This document shows positions 21,333-32,279 of a DNA stretch of 44,155 bases, one piece after another. Origin of the DNA: Acidobacteria bacterium 37-71-11. Lineage in GTDB: Bacteria; Acidobacteriota; Thermoanaerobaculia; Thermoanaerobaculales; Thermoanaerobaculaceae. A program made the position numbers and the translations under genes. Every line of letters starts with the position of its first letter. The first letter of the stretch is position 1. Under the pieces are notes generated by a model that was given only the letters and a program-made list of their open reading frames with translations, was not told where the DNA came from and did no database searches. The stretch spans positions 1 through 44,155 of the forward strand of contig NCBR01000001.1 of NCBI GenBank assembly GCA_002279285.1, written 5' to 3'.

Positions 21333-22239
21333 ACTCCTCGGTTACGGGCCACACCTCGGCCCCCACCGGCCGCTGCGCCCCGAAGACGTAGATCCTCGCG
21401 ATCAGCCGCGGCACCGGGTCGAGCCAGCGGCGCTGTCCGCTGACGCGAGCCACCGGCTGCGCCCCCTCGCGGAGCGCCCACGGGTCGTCGGCGCTGCCGC
21501 CGGACGTCGCGACGAACGCCGCTCCGTCGCCGGCGAACTCGAGCCAGAGGTAGCCGAAGACCGGACGCGGCAAGGGAAGCTCCCACCCGCCGTTCGGCAG
21601 CGCCCGGATCGCCTTCCCCCCCAGCCGGACCGGCTCGTCCACCACGGCCTCGTCGAGCGTCCGGGGGTGCGAAAGGGGCTTCGGGTACCCCCAGGGGAAG
21701 TGCGGCGGGCGCCCCCAGTCGACCGGCGCGCGCGCGTCGAAAGGCTCGTGCGCCGCGAGCGAGAAGCGGGGCCGAGCCGCGAACGCCGGCCCGCTCACCA
21801 GCACGTTGCGGCCGACGCCGTCGACGTCGAGCGCCAGGAGCAGACCGCCGACCGGAGTGGGCGAGCGTACCTCGGCGGCGATCACGTTGTCCCCCTGGCG
21901 GAGCAGGTGGCCGACGTCGAAGAGGTCGAGGCGGAACCCGGGACGGCTCCAGCCGCACGCCGCCGCGGTCCCGTTCACGTATACCACGTACTCGCGGTCG
22001 CCGCAGACCTTCAGGAGCGCCCCTCGCGGCGGCGCGTCGAGGTGCACCGAGGCGACGAAAAGGGCGGCCTGTGGGTGGACCTCGTCAAGCTCGTCGGTGA
22101 CCCAGATCCAGCGGGCTGCCCCGGTGAGGTGGGACAGCTCCCGCTCCCAGAACGCGTGCAGGGCGAACGCCGCAGCCGCCACTCCGACGGCGAGAACGAG
22201 GAGCGTGAGGTGTTGCCGGCGGCGGGTCGGCTCGCGCAC
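21247..22239 (-). CDS. Hypothetical membrane-anchored protein with a possible galactose-binding-like beta-sandwich
   Basis: 330 aa. An N-terminal TM segment is LTLLVLAVGVAAAAFALHAF. The 'ARWIWV....ALFVASVHLDAPPRGALLKVCGDREYVVYVNG' pattern recalls the N-terminal sandwich domains of some glycosidases; this is inference only. The 3' end overlaps the convergent TPR-like ORF by 86 nt. Confidence 0.5.
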   Translation of the reverse strand: MREPTRRRQHLTLLVLAVGVAAAAFALHAFWERELSHLTGAARWIWVTDELDEVHPQAALFVASVHLDAPPRGALLKVCGDREYVVYVNGTAAACGWSRPGFRLDLFDVGHLLRQGDNVIAAEVRSPTPVGGLLLALDVDGVGRNVLVSGPAFAARPRFSLAAHEPFDARAPVDWGRPPHFPWGYPKPLSHPRTLDEAVVDEPVRLGGKAIRALPNGGWELPLPRPVFGYLWLEFAGDGAAFVATSGGSADDPWALREGAQPVARVSGQRRWLDPVPRLIARIYVFGAQRPVGAEVWPVTEEFSSTAPGVVPGSFGPVPRTRWTTRNPPE

Positions 22240-22281
22240 CGAGAGAGTGTAGCAACCCCGCCGCAGGAGAACGCGTTCCGT

Positions 22282-22310
22282 TTGACACCCACAGGCCGAT
22301 GCCTTAAAGT
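22282..22310 (+). promoter_or_regulatory. Candidate sigma-70 promoter for kdsB (TTGACA-N17-TAAAGT)
   Basis: TTGACA lies at 22282-22287, followed by a 17-nt spacer and TAAAGT at 22305-22310. The kdsB ATG is at 22322, so the predicted 5' leader is only a few nt and no SD is present. Confidence 0.4.
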
Positions 22311-22321
22311 GCCGCCACAGG

Positions 22322-25737
<3,416 letters not shown>

Positions 25738-25880
25738 AAAGGTGAGAGTTGGCGGAGATGGAAGAGGGTAGAAGGTAAAAGGACGAGGGAAGACAGGATC
25801 GGCCTCAGCTTTCCGTTTCCCTTCTTCCGTCCTCCTTCTTCGTTCAACCCTTCACTCTCAATTTCTCACTCTTCACTCCC
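25738..25880. repeat. Low-G+C intergenic element: purine-rich arm followed by a complementary pyrimidine-rich arm
   Basis: 25738-25797 is almost pure G/A (aaaggtgagagttggcggagatggaagagggtagaaggtaaaaggacgagggaagacagg). 25808-25880 is almost pure C/T (gctttccgtttcccttcttccgtcctccttcttcgttcaacccttcactctc...). The arms can pair imperfectly around a ~10-nt centre (gatcggcctca), for example GGACG with CGTCC and AGGGAA with TTCCCT. Confidence 0.5.
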
Positions 25881-25922
25881 GGCTTCGCCGCTATGCTAGC
25901 CTTACAACGCACCGGAGGCACC

Positions 25923-26483
25923 ATGGATCTGACCCCGAACGACATCCTCGACGGCCTCGGCGGCGACACGAAACGGTACGGGACGGAGGTCCCGATCGCC
26001 GGGGTGGAAACCTTGCCGCTGCGCCGGATCGTGGACGACCGCGGCCTGTTCATGGAGATCTATCGCAACGCTTCCACTCACTCCGGCAGCGAGGCGCTGG
26101 CCAGCTTCTTCGCCGGCGTGGAGGTGGCGCAGCTCAACTACTCGCTCGTCACCGCCGCCGACCACGTCAAGGGGTTGCACGTCCACCTCAAACAGAGCGA
26201 CGTCTGGTTCTGTCCACCGCCGTCGAAGCTCAAGGTCGTCCTCCTCGATGCGCGCAAGAACTCGCTGACATCCGGCCGCACCCAGGTCGTCGTCCTCGGC
26301 GAGGGACGCGACGCGTGGCTGAAAATCCCCCCGGGCGTGGCGCACGGCTACCGCCCGCTCACCGTGCCGTGCGGTCTCCTCTACGTGGTCACGCGCTGCT
26401 TCGACCTCGCCGACCCCGACGAGCGCCGCATCCCCTGGGACCACCCGGCGGTGAAGGATCTCTGGGCGGTCAGGAACGAGTAG
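25923..26483 (+). CDS. dTDP-4-dehydrorhamnose 3,5-epimerase-like cupin (RmlC family)
   Basis: The ATG at 25923 is preceded by GGAGG with 5 nt spacing. 186 aa. Motifs: 'DDRGLFMEI', 'QLNYSL......KGLHVHLKQSD.W', 'PPGVAHGY'. Confidence 0.75.
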   Translation: MDLTPNDILDGLGGDTKRYGTEVPIAGVETLPLRRIVDDRGLFMEIYRNASTHSGSEALASFFAGVEVAQLNYSLVTAADHVKGLHVHLKQSDVWFCPPPSKLKVVLLDARKNSLTSGRTQVVVLGEGRDAWLKIPPGVAHGYRPLTVPCGLLYVVTRCFDLADPDERRIPWDHPAVKDLWAVRNE

Positions 26484-26510
26484 CGCCGCGGGGCGCGGCC
26501 TGTCGCCGCT

Positions 26511-27848
26511 TCATTCCGGCTTCCACTTGTCGAGCAGGACGGGCTCCCCGACGTTGGTCCCGGCCAGCGGTGCCACCGCGAGGTCCCAGTCCGTGGCGCC
26601 CACGGCGTAGCGGGGCACGCGGAAGAACAGCAGCTTGCCGTCAGCCGACGGCACCGCCTCGAGCAACGGGCGCCGCTGCGCGCCGGGCAGCCTGACCTCC
26701 TGCACCACGCCGCCAGCGAAGAGGAGTTGGCGGTCCGCGCGGCAGAAGTACAGGCGGTTGTTGGCGCCGACTCGCGGCGCGTACTCCGGACCCATTGTGT
26801 TGATGCGCGGCTCGAGCGGCTGTCCCGGTTTACCCTCCGTCGAAAGCCAGAGGTCGGAGCTGCCCTGGTCGTACACCGTCCACACCAACGCCTTGAGCTG
26901 ACGGCCGAAGCGCTGGGCGTCCCCCACGCTCGGCCCGCCCGGCACGTCCACCTTCACGAGCGCCGCCCACGGGGCCTTCGTGCCCGCCCTCTGGCTCGAA
27001 TAGAGCCCCCGCACACCACCGCTGGGCTGCATCACCTCGACCAAGCATGCGGTCTCGCCGCCGTCGATCCAGGTCAACCGTGCGTTGACATCCGGGGCGA
27101 GGCCGGGGAACTCGACGGGCTGAGGTTCGGTCCAGGCGCCGTTCTCCCACGCCGTCCGGTACGGGCGGTACCCGCCGACCGCCCACGGCGCCAGCGCGCC
27201 TTTGGCGTCGCGCATCCCGGGCCGCACCGCCCCGACCGGAGGCGCGTCTTTGCCCGAGGTCGGGACCCCAGGGAGCAGGCCGGCCGCAAAGTACACGGCC
27301 TTGCCCTCCGCGGCCGGGAGCGGCGTCATCTCGAGGCCGGCCGAGTTGACCAGTTTCGGGTCATCGGGGGTGAACGCATCGGCGGGGATCGCCTGCAGCG
27401 ACCGCGGCAGGAAGCGCATCTGGTAAACGGAGAAGAGGTACACCTCGGCCGCGTCGGCAAGCAGCAGCTTGGTGCCGACCATCGCGGTGGTGCCGGGCAT
27501 CGGGTTGACCGCGACCTCCTGCCCGACCCGGAAATCGTCGAGGCCGGACGCGCGCTCCCCCGCCACGCACACCGTGTCGGCGGTGACCCTGATCCGCACC
27601 TTGACATCCTTGTCGAGCTTCGGCACGGGCTTGCCCTCGCGCCGCATCGCGGCCTGCATGGTCTCAGGGAGGCCCTCGTTGATCTCCAACTCCCAGACGC
27701 CCTTGTCGGCCGCCTCCCGGATCGCGGCGATCCGGCCCAAAATCAAGCTGTCCGGCTGCGGCACCGGTGTGGTCGTGTCCTGCATGTTGCAGCCCGCGAC
27801 CACGAGTACGGCGAGCCCCAGCACGGCGAAGTTGCGGTTGATGGTCAT
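26511..27848 (-). CDS. Lipoprotein with PD40/TolB-like beta-propeller-type repeats
   Basis: A signal peptide with lipobox is MTINRNFAVLGLAVLVVAG|C. Recurrent motifs of the form 'DGKLLFF', 'NRLYFCRADRQLLFAGG' and 'GKAVYFAAG' resemble PD40 blades. It lies 15 nt downstream of the nucleoside transporter gene. Confidence 0.6.
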   Translation of the reverse strand: MTINRNFAVLGLAVLVVAGCNMQDTTTPVPQPDSLILGRIAAIREAADKGVWELEINEGLPETMQAAMRREGKPVPKLDKDVKVRIRVTADTVCVAGERASGLDDFRVGQEVAVNPMPGTTAMVGTKLLLADAAEVYLFSVYQMRFLPRSLQAIPADAFTPDDPKLVNSAGLEMTPLPAAEGKAVYFAAGLLPGVPTSGKDAPPVGAVRPGMRDAKGALAPWAVGGYRPYRTAWENGAWTEPQPVEFPGLAPDVNARLTWIDGGETACLVEVMQPSGGVRGLYSSQRAGTKAPWAALVKVDVPGGPSVGDAQRFGRQLKALVWTVYDQGSSDLWLSTEGKPGQPLEPRINTMGPEYAPRVGANNRLYFCRADRQLLFAGGVVQEVRLPGAQRRPLLEAVPSADGKLLFFRVPRYAVGATDWDLAVAPLAGTNVGEPVLLDKWKPE

Positions 27849-27863
27849 CGTTCCATCCCCTTC

Positions 27864-29111
27864 CTACAGCAAGATACCGGCGATACAAGCGCTCACGAAG
27901 CTCGTAAGCGCCCCACCGATGAGGGCACGTACTCCGAGGCGCGCGAGGTCGTGCTGGCGGTTGGGCGCAAGCCCGCCGATACCGCCGATCTGGATGCCGA
28001 TCGAGCCGATGTTGGCGAAGCCGCACAGCGCGTACGTTGCGAGCACCGATGCGCGCTGCGAAAGCACCGGCACCGAGCCGGCCGCCTTCGCGCCACTGGC
28101 GATGAGCTTCGCGTTGTCGAGCAGCGTCTTCATGTCGAGGTAAGCGATGAACTCGTTGAGGACGGTCTTCTTGCCGAGGAGCACCCCGACGGTGCCACAC
28201 TCGCTCCAGGGGATTCCGATCAACCAAGCCACCGGAGCCAGGAGCCGCGCGAAGAACCACTCGAGCGAGAGCTGCGGCATCCCGGCCAGCCCGCCAACCC
28301 ACCCGAGTAGCGCGTTGACCAGCGCCAGCAGCGCCAGGAACGCGATCAGCATCGCCCCGACGTTCAGGCACAACCTCATCCCGTCGGACGCCCCGGAAGC
28401 GGCGGCGTCCACGCCGTTGACCCACGGCCGCTCCACGTGGGCACGGACCGTTCCCGCGGTCTCGGGCTCGCCATCCTCGGGGAAGAGCAGCTTCGCGATC
28501 GCGAGCGCGCCCGGGGCTGCCATCACCGACGCGGCGATCAGGTGGACGGCGGGAATCCCGAAGGAGACGTAAACCACGAGCACGCCGGCTGCGATGTGCG
28601 CGAAGCCCCCGACCATGATCGCGTGCAACTCCGACTGCGTGAGCGTCGCGAGGTACGGGCGGATCATCAGCGGCGCCTCGGTCTGGCCGACGAAGACGTT
28701 GGAGTCGCACAACGATTCGGCGCCGGAGGTGCGCATCGTCTTCATCATCAGCCAGGCGATCCCCTGTACCACCCGCTGCAAGATCCCGTAGTAGTAGAGG
28801 ATCGTCGTGGCGGCGGAGACGAAGATGATCGTAGGCAGCACCTTAAACGCGAAGAAGTGGTCGGTGTACTTCTCGCCGAACACGAAGCTTGCGCCGGCGT
28901 CGGAGAAATCGAGGAACTTCCTCGCGAGGTTGCCGAGGAAGCTGAACGCATCGTAACCCCACGGCGTCCTAATCACGATCACGGCCAGCGCGGCCTGCAG
29001 GCCAAGCCCCCACAGCACCGTCCGCCAGCGCACGCCCTTGCGGTTGTTCGAAAGCAGGTAGGCGACACCGACAAAGACCACGAGGCCGAGCGCCGAGATC
29101 GCACGTTCCAT
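27864..29111 (-). CDS. Concentrative nucleoside transporter, NupC/NupG (CNT) family
   Basis: I prefer the ATG at 29111 (MERAISALGLVVF...), preceded by AGGAGGG; the track starts at GTG 29138. Typical CNT segments are 'RWRTVLWGLGLQ', 'GASFVFG', 'LPTIIFVSA', 'ESLCDSNVFVGQTEAPL' and 'GFANIGSIGIQIGG'. Confidence 0.88.
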   Translation of the reverse strand: MERAISALGLVVFVGVAYLLSNNRKGVRWRTVLWGLGLQAALAVIVIRTPWGYDAFSFLGNLARKFLDFSDAGASFVFGEKYTDHFFAFKVLPTIIFVSAATTILYYYGILQRVVQGIAWLMMKTMRTSGAESLCDSNVFVGQTEAPLMIRPYLATLTQSELHAIMVGGFAHIAAGVLVVYVSFGIPAVHLIAASVMAAPGALAIAKLLFPEDGEPETAGTVRAHVERPWVNGVDAAASGASDGMRLCLNVGAMLIAFLALLALVNALLGWVGGLAGMPQLSLEWFFARLLAPVAWLIGIPWSECGTVGVLLGKKTVLNEFIAYLDMKTLLDNAKLIASGAKAAGSVPVLSQRASVLATYALCGFANIGSIGIQIGGIGGLAPNRQHDLARLGVRALIGGALTSFVSACIAGILL

Positions 29112-29154
29112 CAACCCTCCTGCCACTGCGGACGACACCGCGTATCATACCTCC

Positions 29155-29456
29155 ATGCTGCGCATGAACCGCGAGCTGTTCGAACGCGTCGTGGCCGAGG
29201 CGCTCGACGGCCTGCCCGAAGAGACCGCTTCGTTCCTCGACAACGTCGCGGTCGTGGTCGAGGACGAGCCCAGGGGATGGCTCTCCCCGACCGCGGCGGC
29301 AGCTACGGCAACGTCCTCCCGGACCGCATCGTCGTCTACCGCCACCCGTTGCTCGCCGAGTGCAGCGACCGGAGGGAGTTGATCAGCGAGATCCAGGACA
29401 CCGTCGTCCACGAGGTCGGCCACTACTTCGGCCTCGCCGAGGAGGATCTTCCCTAG
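29155..29456 (+). pseudogene. Small zinc metallopeptidase (DUF1025 / Zincin_1 family) interrupted by a frameshift
   Basis: The N-terminal half (MLRMNRELFERVVAEALDGLPEETASFLDNVAVVVEDEP) is in one frame. The C-terminal half (GMALPDRGGSYGNVLPDRIVVYRHPLLAECSDRRELISEIQDTVVHEVGHYFGLAEEDLP, with HExxH) is in the -1 frame. The switch point is at the ccc/gggg runs at 29269-29277. Confidence 0.65.
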
Positions 29457-29633
29457 CTTGGCTTGGCCGCCCGTCTTGCCCTCTTCCTTCATCTCCTTCC
29501 CATTGCCTGCGGATCTTTTCCCCGCAGCGCTCCGGGCCGTCGCTCGAGCTCAGAGATTCCTCTTCCACTGCCTGGACTCTTGCTTTGCCCCTCGGGTGAA
29601 GCGGCGTTCGGACCTTGCTCGCCCCCGCGCCAT

Positions 29634-30143
29634 GCTTCTCCTTTTCACTGCGTGAGGCTTTCTTGCTTGCCGGTCTCGAGGGTGGCCGGATGCGGGCCCG
29701 GGCGCCCCCGCGCCCGAGCCCGCATGCTCCTGTGCCCGCGACCGGACAGGGCGATCCGATGGCCACTCGCGGCACCGGCGGATCAACGACACCCCCCGCC
29801 CACACGTCGGAGGCCCTGCTGGAGGACGAAAGGCCGGACAATACCAAGAGCCAACAGCAGGATCTCCGCCAGGCGGGGGGATGGGAGGCCAAGACCGCCC
29901 AGCGGGCGGAGGCCGATGGCGCCGGAGCGTGCGGGTCCCGAGCGGCCAGAGCGACGGGTGGAAACGCCGGCCGAGCCGGAGCGGAGCGGAGGCGAGGAAC
30001 GGCGAGGGTCCGCCCGTCGATCTGGCCTGCTCGGTCGCACGCGCAGGCGGGTCGGAGGGCGGCGCTCGATGCGCCGCCCGAGCGACATCGGCCTCGGCCC
30101 GCGGGGCAAAACAAGACAGGCTCACGCAGTGAGCAAGGAGAGC
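29634..30143. repeat. ~510-bp G+C-rich non-coding segment bracketed by ~39-nt imperfect inverted repeats
   Basis: The left arm is 29634-29671 (gcttctccttttcactgcgtgaggctttcttgcttgcc). The right arm is 30105-30143 (ggcaaaacaagacaggctcacgcagtgagcaaggagagc). The core 12-mer TCACTGCGTGAG (29645-29656) is the exact reverse complement of 30121-30132. Overall about 33 of 39 positions are complementary. The interior holds strong local hairpins at 29690-29725 and 30057-30079. Confidence 0.6.
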
Positions 30144-30264
30144 GTAAGACGGGGCGCGGCCCGCGGTTACCAGCGGCGCGAGGAATCTGGCAGAATGCCT
30201 CGTCGCGGGGTCGGCTCGCAACGCCGGAGCCGGAGCATCCGTAAACGGATGAGGAGGCAGCGCT

Positions 30265-31434
30265 TTGAACAAGGAGCACATGGTCCAACGTGAGAGCGGG
30301 GGCGCGGCGCCGGACGACGGACTGCGCCCGGTCGAGAGCATCACCCCGCCGCTGATCTTGGAGGCGCTCAAAGGCGGCGTCCTCGGGCAGGACGACGCGC
30401 TTCGCTTCGTTTCGGTGGCGATCTACAAGCACACGACAGGCAAGGTACCCGGCAACATCATCCTCATCGGCAACTCCGGCACCGGCAAGACCACGATCAT
30501 GAACAACATCCAGCGGCTCTACGACGAGCTGCCGGAGTACGTTCCGTTTCGGGCGATGGCGCTCATCAACGCCAACCTGCTGGTGGACTCGGACCGCATG
30601 GAGTTTCGGCCGGAGCGGCTGCTGGCGGCGGTCGAGCAGCGGGCGCGGTCGGTGATCGGTCACCCCCCTACCGCCGCCGAGCTGAAGGAGACGATGGAGC
30701 GCGCCACAATCTGCGTCGACGAGATCGATAAGATGTCCTCGATCCTAGCCGGAAAGCCGAACGCCATCGGCGTCGCGCTGCAGCAGGGCATCCTGACGCT
30801 TATGGAGGGCGAGAGGATCCCGATCAAGACCCACGTGATGGCGGACGGCGAAGATAGGCCCGTGACCCTGGAGATCGACACCAAAGGCATGATGTTCATC
30901 TGCGGCGGCGCGTTCGAGGGCCTCTACGACCAGGTGTTCTCGCGCGTCACCAACCCGAGCAGCGGCGAGAGCCTGCGCTCCGTGGCGGTCCGCAGCGCCG
31001 ACGGCCAGGTTACGATCGAGGTGCGCTTCTCGCTCGCCGACTACTTCAAAATCGAAGACCTTTTCACCTACGGCATGGTCCCTCAGTTCATCGCGCGCCT
31101 CGACAACACGGTCCTGCTCGCCGACCTTGGGGTCAACGCGCTCAAGCAGATCCTCCTCTCCGCCTTCGACTCCCCGTTCGTGCGCTCGCGCCGCTACCTC
31201 GCCGTCATGGGGATCGACCTCGAGATCGAGGACCTGGCGGCGTCGATCATCGCCGAACAGGCGGAGAAACACTCGCGCACCGGCGCCCGCGCGCTCCGCG
31301 CGATCTTCTCCAAGATCATCAACCCGATCGAGTTCGACCCCTGGAACAACGGCGCGCTCGAAGATACGGCCAAAGGGCGCAAACGGCTCGTCGTCACGGC
31401 GGCCATGGTGCGCCGGCCGTTGGGCCTCGCCTGA
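30265..31434 (+). CDS. ClpX-like AAA+ ATPase lacking the zinc-binding domain, pore loop and ClpP-docking loop
   Basis: The TTG at 30265 is preceded by GAGGAGG with 7 nt spacing; an alternative ATG is at 30280. The sequence is collinear with ClpX: 'LGQDDALRFVSVAIYKH', Walker A 'LIGNSGTGKT', Walker B 'ICVDEIDKM', 'MFICGGAFEGL', Arg finger 'PQFIARL', sensor-2 'TGARALR'. Confidence 0.8.
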   Translation: MNKEHMVQRESGGAAPDDGLRPVESITPPLILEALKGGVLGQDDALRFVSVAIYKHTTGKVPGNIILIGNSGTGKTTIMNNIQRLYDELPEYVPFRAMALINANLLVDSDRMEFRPERLLAAVEQRARSVIGHPPTAAELKETMERATICVDEIDKMSSILAGKPNAIGVALQQGILTLMEGERIPIKTHVMADGEDRPVTLEIDTKGMMFICGGAFEGLYDQVFSRVTNPSSGESLRSVAVRSADGQVTIEVRFSLADYFKIEDLFTYGMVPQFIARLDNTVLLADLGVNALKQILLSAFDSPFVRSRRYLAVMGIDLEIEDLAASIIAEQAEKHSRTGARALRAIFSKIINPIEFDPWNNGALEDTAKGRKRLVVTAAMVRRPLGLA

Positions 31435-31512
31435 CGCACGGCGCTACCTGTCCACAGGCCCCCCAACCCGCATCGCGACCGGTACCCGCGCTGGGGAGCG
31501 ATGTCGGTCCAG

Positions 31513-31541
31513 TTGTCACCCGCCGACCGTCACGCTATCCT
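31513..31541 (+). promoter_or_regulatory. Candidate sigma-70 promoter for the ankyrin-repeat gene (TTGTCA-N17-TATCCT)
   Basis: TTGTCA lies at 31513-31518, followed by a 17-nt spacer and TATCCT at 31536-31541. This is ~20 nt upstream of the GTG at 31562, with GGGAGGG between. Motif match only. Confidence 0.35.
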
Positions 31542-31561
31542 CACACCTGGGAGGGCCGAGC

Positions 31562-32203
31562 GTGGACGCGATCCTGACGGAGGCGGTGCAGCGCGGCAGC
31601 CTGCAGGAAGTGCAGGGCCTTCTCAAGGGCGGGATCGACCTGCGGGACCGCGACGACGAGGGCGGCACCCTCCTCATGATCGCTGCGGCCGCGGGTCAGC
31701 TCTCGATCGTCAAGTTGCTCGTTGAAGCGGGCGCGGAGATCGACGCGCGCAACAACGCGGGCATGTCGCCGCTGCTGCTGGCGACGGCGATGCGCCAGCA
31801 GGAGATCGTCAAGTTCCTCGCCCAGCGCGGCGCCAACATCAACGGCGCCGACGAAGAGGGGCACACCGCCCTCATGATTGCCGCGCGCACGGGCTCGGCC
31901 CCGATCGTCGAATGCCTGCTCGCCGGCGGCGCCAACCCCAACGCGGCCAACCGCTGGGGGACGACGGCGCTCATGCAGGCGGCCCGTTCCTGGAATATCG
32001 CGGCCGCGAAGGCGCTGCTCACGGCCGGTGCGGACGCGACGACGACCGACGTCCTCGGCAAGCGCGCCTTATCCTACGCGAAGGAGAAAGGGCCGCCGCC
32101 GCCGTTCCTCGTCCGGCTCCTCAAAGGCGAAGCGACCGGCAGAATCGATCCCCCCGCCTCCCGCAACGCCGCCAAGCCCTGGTGGCGCTTCTGGGAGCGC
32201 TGA
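31562..32203 (+). CDS. Ankyrin-repeat protein (4-5 ANK repeats)
   Basis: The GTG at 31562 is preceded by GGGAGGG. 213 aa. Repeats are 'GGTLLMIAAAAGQLSIVKLLVEAGAEIDARN', 'GMSPLLLATAMRQQEIVKFLAQRGANINGAD', 'GHTALMIAARTGSAPIVECLLAGGANPNAAN' and 'GTTALMQAARSWNIAAAKALLTAGAD'. The basic/aromatic tail is 'KPWWRFWER'. Confidence 0.85.
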   Translation: MDAILTEAVQRGSLQEVQGLLKGGIDLRDRDDEGGTLLMIAAAAGQLSIVKLLVEAGAEIDARNNAGMSPLLLATAMRQQEIVKFLAQRGANINGADEEGHTALMIAARTGSAPIVECLLAGGANPNAANRWGTTALMQAARSWNIAAAKALLTAGADATTTDVLGKRALSYAKEKGPPPPFLVRLLKGEATGRIDPPASRNAAKPWWRFWER

Positions 32204-32279
32204 TCGGCCCAGACCGCAGCACTCGGGCACCGGGCCGCCATGGTCCGGAGCGGCCGGGAGCCCACTCGGGGGATGCGCC

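Noticed and set aside
29550-29633. A 27-aa highly basic minus-strand ORF (MARGRARSERRFTRGAKQESRQWKRNL) preceded by AAAGGAG.
   Set aside because: It is too short and compositionally trivial to support. The SD-like purine run is expected by chance on the purine-rich strand of this region. It is noted only in case ribosome profiling shows translation.
29615-30244. A 209-aa ORF (MLAPAP...MATRGTGGSTTPPAHTSEALLEDERPDNTK...) filling the large gap upstream of the ClpX-like gene.
   Set aside because: Its sequence is low-complexity Arg/Gly/Ala/Pro. It uses many A/T-ending and rare codons (cga, gga, aga, tta, cca), unlike all recognisable genes here. There is no SD at either candidate start. I treated the region as non-coding, but a small disordered protein cannot be excluded.
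29457-30264. I checked whether the 0.8-kb gap is a known housekeeping RNA (RNase P RNA, tmRNA, SRP/4.5S, 6S).
   Set aside because: I could not find the hallmark conserved strings on either strand. These are GAGGAAAGUCCGGGC for the RNase P P4 region, the tRNA-like GGUUCGAAUCC T-arm or a tag ORF for tmRNA, and the GGAAG/AGCAG motif in a hairpin for SRP. This was a by-eye check only; an Infernal search is still warranted.
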